A DNA stretch of 64,000 bases, from the IMG/VR virus record IMGVR_UViG_3300025693_000002. One strand, 5' to 3'. Position 1 is the first letter of the stretch, and every line of letters begins with the position of its first letter. Made by a program: the position numbers and the translations under genes. Under the pieces are notes generated by a model. That model did not search any database. It was given only the letters and a program-made list of their open reading frames with translations, and had not been told where the DNA came from. This document shows positions 58,605 through 64,000 of this stretch, in pieces. The DNA comes from a virus.

Positions 58605-58988
58605 TCAAACCCCTGCGGCTACTTCAATGCACGACTTTAAGGCTTCCGCCCAATCTTCAAAGCTCATACCGATTTCTTCGTGAGACACCGTACCGTCATC
58701 GCGAAACTCAAACCCGGCGTTGCGCATCACTTGAAACACCTCTTTGAGCTTGATAAGCCGGTCATCTTCGGCATTCGGGTCGAACCACTCGATCACTGTC
58801 CAGTCGTGGCTGACCTCAGAGTTGTCATCTGCGGTGCGCCAGGTGCAGTCGCTCTCGTCTACCGCAACCAGCTGATGCTCTTGAATGCCTTTGGTATGCC
58901 AGTGCTGCAGTCTGCACAACACTTTGGCACCGACTTGAGGCATGCGCTGATTGGCGTCAATCCAAGCGCCGATAATCAAATCGCTCAT
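58605..58988 (-). CDS. DUF551-like phage protein
   Basis: WIDANQRMPQVGAKVLC pattern typical of DUF551 N-termini. Confidence 0.45.
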   Translation of the reverse strand: MSDLIIGAWIDANQRMPQVGAKVLCRLQHWHTKGIQEHQLVAVDESDCTWRTADDNSEVSHDWTVIEWFDPNAEDDRLIKLKEVFQVMRNAGFEFRDDGTVSHEEIGMSFEDWAEALKSCIEVAAGV

Positions 58989-59446
58989 GACAGCACCACC
59001 AGAAGAGGCTGCGCAGCGTCAAAGCGAGCATGATCGAAGCCTTCTTCCCAGGGTAAATGCCCGTTGGCGTCTGACCACACCCACTGCACATACTGAGGCT
59101 TGTCCCAGCCAGCGTTCGCAGCGTAGACCTCGCCCTGAACCGCATACTTCGCAGCCTTTTCACGATCAGCGTTGATCACAGCCATCGGCAGGTTGAACCA
59201 GTCGTTGAGCGTACACGGCCCGGCGTCACGAACCTTCTGATTGACGATTTCGTCGTAGTATTGGTTGATCAGCGGCATGATCATCTGCGGCGGAAGCGAG
59301 AACACAATGACTTCCGGCAAGCCATGCTTGGCAAACCCAACGGTGTACACGAAACCCGGGCTGTCTTTGTCGCCACCGATCCCGAATACGCTCAGACCAC
59401 ATCGCTCGACGTTGGCGCGGATGACTTCTTGAGGGTTGTACGGCAT
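58985..59446 (-). CDS. DUF4262-like protein
   Basis: GFVYTVGFAKHGLPEVIVFSLP pattern. Confidence 0.45.
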   Translation of the reverse strand: MPYNPQEVIRANVERCGLSVFGIGGDKDSPGFVYTVGFAKHGLPEVIVFSLPPQMIMPLINQYYDEIVNQKVRDAGPCTLNDWFNLPMAVINADREKAAKYAVQGEVYAANAGWDKPQYVQWVWSDANGHLPWEEGFDHARFDAAQPLLVVLS

Positions 59447-59465
59447 GTGATTCTCTCTGTTGTGA

Positions 59466-59485
59466 TTAACTATGCGCTTAGTTTA
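59466..59485. promoter_or_regulatory. palindrome motif
   Basis: TTAACTATGCGCTTAGTTTA, 20-40 nt upstream of ORF 58985..59446. Confidence 0.4.
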
Positions 59486-59512
59486 CACAACAGAGAGTGG
59501 GGGTGGAGCTGG

Positions 59513-59806
59513 CTACTGCGAAGCCCGCTCGTTTGCCTCGATCAGCTGCTCGATCTTCATGGCGTCACTTTCAACCACGTCGAACCAGATGACCTGCTTG
59601 TCGTTGTTCAGGGAGAAGGATACCCGCCAGGCGTGAGGAAATGGGTTCACCGAGACAGTGAACCCCGATCGATCCCCCAGAGTGATCATTGGGCCGCCAA
59701 ACACACTCAGCAGCCAACTATCACCCAAAGGGCCGAATGCGATCTTCACCCCAGAGGTAGTGAAGAAGTGAACAATATCGGCGTCAATCCTTTGGTTGTC
59801 ATCCAT
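59513..59806 (-). CDS. hypothetical protein
   Basis: 97-aa ORF. Confidence 0.5.
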   Translation of the reverse strand: MDDNQRIDADIVHFFTTSGVKIAFGPLGDSWLLSVFGGPMITLGDRSGFTVSVNPFPHAWRVSFSLNNDKQVIWFDVVESDAMKIEQLIEANERASQ

Positions 59807-60242
59807 TTAGGTCTTCCGGGTCAATGATCTGATCGTGGCAGTCCTTGTTATGCTCTGGGTCGTATACGCCCAACCTCTGCATAACCTGCATCAACTGAGT
59901 CTTATGCCCCATTTTCTCAAGCAGAACAAGGCTCCCCACGCACTGCTGCTCATGGCCTGACTGGGTGTAGACCTCGTTGCCGTCTTCGTCCCAGCTGACA
60001 GTGCCGCCTTTGTTGCCGTACACAGTCTTATGGCACATGAAACTCGACGACTCGCCAGACAGCAGCTCCTCAACGATACCCGGCACTCGGCCGGGACTGA
60101 GTTGAATAGCCTGGCTCTTGTCCTTCAAGAACGGACAGTTTGCGCATGGCTTTTTCAGCGCGTAGGGATTCCATTTGCTCACATCATGCTCCCAGCGCCG
60201 CTCGATCACGCCAAGCGGCCCAATCTTGTTGAGGTCAACCAC
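59799..60242 (-). CDS. hypothetical Cys-rich protein
   Basis: 147 aa with CANCPF...CHK...C pattern. Confidence 0.5.
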   Translation of the reverse strand: MVDLNKIGPLGVIERRWEHDVSKWNPYALKKPCANCPFLKDKSQAIQLSPGRVPGIVEELLSGESSSFMCHKTVYGNKGGTVSWDEDGNEVYTQSGHEQQCVGSLVLLEKMGHKTQLMQVMQRLGVYDPEHNKDCHDQIIDPEDLNG

Positions 60243-60278
60243 CTCGTTGTCCGTGATTAGAGGTTAAAAAGACCACTC

Positions 60279-60788
60279 TCAGTCAAGAATGGTCAGGATG
60301 CTTTGAATTTCAGGGTGCTTGAACTGCTGGGTTTGAATGAACTGAAGCAGCTCCTCGTCAGTCGCTGGACGGCAGCCGTCAGTCGCCGAAGCGTCAATGA
60401 CGAAGTTCAACCGACCAAGCAGCCCGTCACGAACGGCGTGGAAGTGATCGTGAGCCAACTGATTCAGCCTACTATCCACGTCGTAGCTATTCTGACAGAG
60501 ACCGGACAGCGCCATCAGCCAGGCAGCGTAGGAGATAGCCTCAACGGTCGTTGTAACATGGCTTTGATTGCCGGCAACAATGCTTACTCGATCGGTCTCA
60601 GGGAAGACCATCGCAACACCGCCATTGGGGTATTTGCGATATTCCCAGGCACCGCCTTGATAATGGTCGGTGATCTTGCCAAGCATGTTGAAGGTTATGG
60701 TCTCAAGCCATACTGCAGACTCGCCGAATATCTTGCCGATCGGATTCTCTTGCTCCGGGATTACCTCGTAAGGCTTCTTGTCCTGCAT
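60279..60788 (-). CDS. KlcA/ArdB-like antirestriction protein
   Basis: The family pattern Y.GG.W.Y....NGG..M.P......I...GN......S.EA...A.L.AL..L......YH..R.......HPE......ILD is matched by HYQGGAWEYRKYPNGGVAMVFPETDRVSIVAGNQS...VEAISYAAWLMALSGL...HFHAVRDGL...HPEIQSILTILD. Confidence 0.6.
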   Translation of the reverse strand: MQDKKPYEVIPEQENPIGKIFGESAVWLETITFNMLGKITDHYQGGAWEYRKYPNGGVAMVFPETDRVSIVAGNQSHVTTTVEAISYAAWLMALSGLCQNSYDVDSRLNQLAHDHFHAVRDGLLGRLNFVIDASATDGCRPATDEELLQFIQTQQFKHPEIQSILTILD

Positions 60789-60867
60789 AACGCTCTCCTA
60801 AGCTGTGCGTCTTTCGATGCGTTGATTATCTCAAGCGCATCGAGGGGGAGATACAGCGGGAGGCGGC

Positions 60868-61251
60868 TTAGTCGCAGGAGCCAGTATTTACCCGATTGAT
60901 GTACTCAAGTGCCTCTGGTTTGCCAAACTTCTGCCGGGTGTAAACGTCAACCTGTGTACCGCCTTCAACGGGTCGGCCTTTAAACACATGGAAAACGCTG
61001 CTCATTGGATAGATGCCATAGGCAAGCGGGTACAGGTCAAGTTTGAAGGTCTTGTCTTCGTCGTAGTAGCGGCCTTGAGGCATGGTTGAGCCGCACCCAG
61101 GCATTGATTCAAGACTCTCAAGCACCTGCCGCGGCGACTGGTCGGCAATAAAATAGGAACCCAACATTGGTTCGCCATTACTGCCAGGGGGAGCGAGTGT
61201 ACAGCCAGTGGCGAAGGAGGCTACAGCCAACACAGCAAACAGCTTTTTCAT
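60868..61251 (-). CDS. lipoprotein
   Basis: Signal peptide MKKLFAVLAVASFATGC with lipobox ATGC. Confidence 0.75.
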   Translation of the reverse strand: MKKLFAVLAVASFATGCTLAPPGSNGEPMLGSYFIADQSPRQVLESLESMPGCGSTMPQGRYYDEDKTFKLDLYPLAYGIYPMSSVFHVFKGRPVEGGTQVDVYTRQKFGKPEALEYINRVNTGSCD

Positions 61252-61294
61252 GGTTCTCTTCCTTGTTGAGCGCTTCCCTGCGCCATTGTTTCAG

Positions 61295-61564
61295 TTACGA
61301 CAGCAGCTTTGTCAGGCGCGCTTCTTCGTCAGCCAGCAGTTCGCTGACGGCTTGAAGGTTGCGCGTGAAGTGAGTGACTTTGCCATTCGCCTTGTCGCAG
61401 AAGTTCGGATCACAACTGCCAGGCTCTTTGCAGGTGTCACACACTTTGGCGCAGGCATCATACAGCTGTTGCTGAGCCGCTTTCACCAAGCCTTTCAGCA
61501 TCTTGCGCTTGAACAGCACCGCAAGAATGATCGGCAGATTTGTCAGAATGCGGAAAGCTCTCAT
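61295..61564 (-). CDS. hypothetical Cys-rich protein
   Basis: 89-aa ORF. Confidence 0.45.
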   Translation of the reverse strand: MRAFRILTNLPIILAVLFKRKMLKGLVKAAQQQLYDACAKVCDTCKEPGSCDPNFCDKANGKVTHFTRNLQAVSELLADEEARLTKLLS

Positions 61565-61890
61565 GAGGCGACCACCGCTTCTAGCTGAACAGCGGCGCCG
61601 GCTGCAATCAGTTCGTCAGCCAACGGCTGCAGCTGCTCAACACTGGCGACGACACGAAGACCGACGGAGGTGCCGCTGTTGCTGCTGGCGTGGGTATAAC
61701 TGATAACGTCGAAGGATTCTTCCTCGTTGAGCGCCAGAGCGTTGTAGCCACCGCGAGGCTTGATCTTGTGAGTCACCAGCTTCAACTGCTCGAAAGTGCC
61801 TTTGGCTCGCAACAGAGCGACGGAGGTAGACGGCTTCTCTGCCTGTTCTGCCTGAGTAACAACGGTTTTACGACGGGGTTTTGTAGTCAT
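61561..61890 (-). CDS. hypothetical protein
   Basis: 109 aa from ATG 61890 (MTTKPRRKT...). Confidence 0.45.
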   Translation of the reverse strand: MTTKPRRKTVVTQAEQAEKPSTSVALLRAKGTFEQLKLVTHKIKPRGGYNALALNEEESFDVISYTHASSNSGTSVGLRVVASVEQLQPLADELIAAGAAVQLEAVVAS

Positions 61891-61897
61891 ATAGCAC

Positions 61898-62248
61898 CTA
61901 TGAAAATTGTCCAAAATGAGTGGCTGGATTGGCCGGAGTCTTGGGTTCTGACGCTTCCACTTCTGACGCCGACTCTGCAGTCCAATCCAAACCATGCTTG
62001 ATTGCGCAAGCCGGACAGAGTGATCTGTCCGACTCGTAGTGGTTGTTGGCCTTGTACAGCTTCACTGGTCGCTGCGCGCTGGTGCATTCACAGTCATCGC
62101 AGCGCAGCACCAGCTGATCCAGGATTTTCTGGGCGTTCGCCCTGGCCCGCTCTCGCTGGTTCTTCTTGGCCTTCTCGATGACCGAATCCAGTCGATACTT
62201 GGAGGCGGACGCACCCGGTGCGTAACCTCCTCTCTTATGCCTGCTCAT
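61898..62248 (-). CDS. hypothetical zinc-ribbon-like protein ending in HFGQFS
   Basis: 116 aa from ATG 62248 with CDDCEC...CPAC. TAATG coupling. Confidence 0.5.
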   Translation of the reverse strand: MSRHKRGGYAPGASASKYRLDSVIEKAKKNQRERARANAQKILDQLVLRCDDCECTSAQRPVKLYKANNHYESDRSLCPACAIKHGLDWTAESASEVEASEPKTPANPATHFGQFS

Positions 62249-62589
62249 TACGCCACCTTGAGCCTGCCGTCTTCGAGAAGTCCGGCAATGATGTACTGGA
62301 GCAGTTCGCTGGTGAACTGGGTTTCCTCGATCTTCACGGTGCAAGCCCGATTCGGGCAGCGAGCGAACGCTCGGGCATCGTTCAGTGCCTCGTTGAAGTC
62401 CTTAAAGAACACCGGGCACAAGACGCCATTTTCATCATGGCCAAGTCGAACATAGACCGGCTTCTTTGCCTCAAACCCAACGCGCACATAAAGCATTCCC
62501 TGGTCGAACTCGTCTTTCAGGTTGAAAACCTGAGCAATGAAGCTCACCGAATGATCGTGCTTGGAGGCACCTGATGATTTGTTTTTCAT
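62248..62589 (-). CDS. hypothetical protein
   Basis: 113-aa ORF downstream of motif 62631..62650. Confidence 0.5.
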   Translation of the reverse strand: MKNKSSGASKHDHSVSFIAQVFNLKDEFDQGMLYVRVGFEAKKPVYVRLGHDENGVLCPVFFKDFNEALNDARAFARCPNRACTVKIEETQFTSELLQYIIAGLLEDGRLKVA

Positions 62590-62630
62590 TTGTTCACCTG
62601 CTGATTTGTTTGTGTAAGATCAGCTTAAAT

Positions 62631-62650
62631 ATAACTAAGCGGTTAGTATA
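62631..62650. promoter_or_regulatory. palindrome motif flanked by TATA on both sides
   Basis: ATAACTAAGCGGTTAGTATA, 40-60 nt upstream of ORF 62248..62589. Confidence 0.45.
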
Positions 62651-62671
62651 TCGTCGGGGCAAGGCGAATAG

Positions 62672-62839
62672 TCAAGCCCATTTCCCATAGTTTGACCTGG
62701 CTTCGATTTCCTGGAAGGTCTTTACCGCGTCTTCAACTTCCTGCTTTTCTGCGGCCACCGCTTTAAGCAACCCAGCCAGTTCGGTAACAACAAAAGCCTT
62801 CAAGCGCTCTTGAAACGAAGGCAGCTCTTGCTCACTCAC
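62672..62839 (-). CDS. small hypothetical protein (55 aa)
   Basis: Hand translation from GTG 62839 (AAAGGAG 7 nt upstream) gives VSEQELPSFQERLKAFVVTELAGLLKAVAAEKQEVEDAVKTFQEIEARSNYGKWA. Below the ORF-track cutoff. Confidence 0.4.
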   Translation of the reverse strand: MSEQELPSFQERLKAFVVTELAGLLKAVAAEKQEVEDAVKTFQEIEARSNYGKWA

Positions 62840-62907
62840 GACAATCTCCTTTGGATCAAGCTCTCAGAACGCGCGGCATTGCGCGTTCTCTTTCAACGTG
62901 TGCGCTG

Positions 62908-63450
62908 TCAGCGCATCATCTGCAAAATGCTATCAGCGCGCGAATTACGCGCTTGCCGCTGCGCCCCCTCTGCTCGTTTCAGATACGCATCGATGTTGTC
63001 CAGCCAGGACAGATCAAGTCGATACTTCATCCGACTGCGAATTGCCCAAACTTCCAGGCTGCGCGCTGCGTATTCGTCAGCCAGCTCGATGGGCCAGCTG
63101 TTCACTTTCGCCAAGTGCTTGAGCGCCGGCATGAGGTAGCCCTGCTGCATAGCCAAGCCAATGTGCTTCACACGATGGCAAGACGGGCAGAGGGAAATCA
63201 GACCGTCGAGTCGCTGCACCCGGTTCTCGTCGTCGTAGTGCCAAATCTCATGACACTCAACGGGGTGTTTCTTCCCTACCCCGCCGCAAATCTCACAGCG
63301 GTTGCCAGCCAGCGCGTAGCAGGCTTTCTTGGTCGTCGTCCACTGAGCAGTCGTGAATCGGCTGCGCAGGTTGTCGTACCACTGCGATTCCGGCACCAAC
63401 TCGATAGTCAGCTTTGGCGGTTTGTATGGGTGAAACGGGTTGTGAGTCAT
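62908..63450 (-). CDS. HNH endonuclease
   Basis: CEICGG...HPVECHEIWHYDDE...CPSCHRVKH (HNH motif with Cys4 zinc site). Confidence 0.8.
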   Translation of the reverse strand: MTHNPFHPYKPPKLTIELVPESQWYDNLRSRFTTAQWTTTKKACYALAGNRCEICGGVGKKHPVECHEIWHYDDENRVQRLDGLISLCPSCHRVKHIGLAMQQGYLMPALKHLAKVNSWPIELADEYAARSLEVWAIRSRMKYRLDLSWLDNIDAYLKRAEGAQRQARNSRADSILQMMR

Positions 63451-63520
63451 GCGAAGGCTCCTGTGTAGTCAGTTTCGCCAGTTCAGACCTTGCTCCAGCC
63501 ATCTGGACGTGGAGCTTGCA

Positions 63521-63551
63521 GAAACAACAAAGCCTGCACGTCTGTGCAGGC
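63521..63551 (-). terminator. intrinsic terminator after ORF 63571..
   Basis: Minus strand GCCTGCAC-AGAC-GTGCAGGC-TTTGTTGTTTC. Confidence 0.65.
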
Positions 63552-63570
63552 TTAGTAAGTGGTTAGTGTA

Positions 63571-64000
63571 TCACTCGACCGCAAACATCGGCAGCAGAGT
63601 GCTATTGGGGTTGGCAACCAGCTTGCCCCCGTCATTGACAACCAGGTTCAGCACCTGAATCAGCTTCATCAGCTGAGTGCATTGGCTGTTGGAGGTGCCA
63701 ATGCTGTAGGGGCGAGCCAGATAGGCATCACGCAGCGTCCGGGAGGAAATCTCACCGTGCTTGACGAGGATATCCATCGCAATCGAGGTGTAGTTCGACA
63801 GTGACGCCCCATTCGCCAAGTGAGCGAAGAAGTTCACAGCCTTCTCCTGAATCTTCTTGGGCAAGCTGTCAATCTCGTTCAGCTTGGCTTCGATGCGAGC
63901 CTCAAAGTCGGCAGGGTCGAGAGCGGCGTCGTCCACGTCCAGCGCCAAGTAGTCGTTCAGCTTGGCACCCAGCGCAGTGCGCAGTGCTTCGGACTTCTTC
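63571..64000 (-). CDS. hypothetical protein, 5-prime end outside the window
   Basis: The frame stays open to the window edge (…KKSEALRTALGAKLNDYLALDVDD…). The ORF-track TTG 63948 is probably internal. Confidence 0.45.
   Translation of the reverse strand, partial: KKSEALRTALGAKLNDYLALDVDDAALDPADFEARIEAKLNEIDSLPKKIQEKAVNFFAHLANGASLSNYTSIAMDILVKHGEISSRTLRDAYLARPYSIGTSNSQCTQLMKLIQVLNLVVNDGGKLVANPNSTLLPMFAVE

Noticed and set aside
62810-63468. Plus-strand ORFs 62810..63139, 62851..63468 and 62898..63122.
   Set aside because: The minus strand encodes an HNH endonuclease with a complete motif set.
1-64000. Search for tRNA genes, integrase/att sites, transposases, reverse transcriptases (retron, DGR) and toxin-antitoxin pairs.
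   Set aside because: No GGTTCGA(A/T)TCC-type T-loops in a cloverleaf context were found, and no recombinase or RT motifs appear in any long ORF. Nothing supportable was found.

Overview
The window reads as most of the genome of a tailed dsDNA phage with a lambda-like tail tip. The host is probably a moderately GC-rich proteobacterium; this is inferred from gene content and composition only, with no database search. Layout: (1) 39.1 kb down to 0.1 kb, minus strand, is one long late gene string. In order it holds terS, terL, portal, scaffold, major capsid, connectors, major tail, G/T chaperones, tape measure, M-L-K, an I-J fusion, three receptor-binding-like paralogs, three large fibre proteins, an accessory lipid module (two His-box desaturases plus an HxxxDG acyltransferase), the lysis cassette (membrane protein, M15 endolysin, holin, Rz with embedded Rz1), a metallophosphoesterase and PhoH. 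(2) 39.6-43.3 kb, minus strand, holds a wHTH protein, a GNAT-like protein, an ABC-type ATPase and two ParB/Srx-like proteins. (3) 43.4-47.1 kb is the only plus-strand block: SF2 helicase, SLOG/DprA-like protein, TerB, a tiny membrane protein, and a terminator-capped structured RNA candidate. (4) 47.2-64 kb is mostly minus-strand small early genes. These include an HslV-like Ntn peptidase, glutaredoxin, a KlcA/ArdB-like antirestriction protein, a lipoprotein and an HNH endonuclease. This block is interrupted by a compositional mosaic (AT-rich island, then a GC-rich palindrome/iteron block at 50.5-52.3 kb) and a 1.1-kb non-coding region at 54.4-55.6 kb. The most notable observations are a dnaX-type A_AAA_AAG slippery site plus hairpin at the J stop codon, the late-expressed lipid-modifying module, an ACTAAC/GTTAGT palindrome scattered through about 20 intergenic sites, the ParB-ParB-ATPase-GNAT module, and two candidate ncRNAs. 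No tRNA, rRNA, CRISPR array, integrase or transposase was seen.
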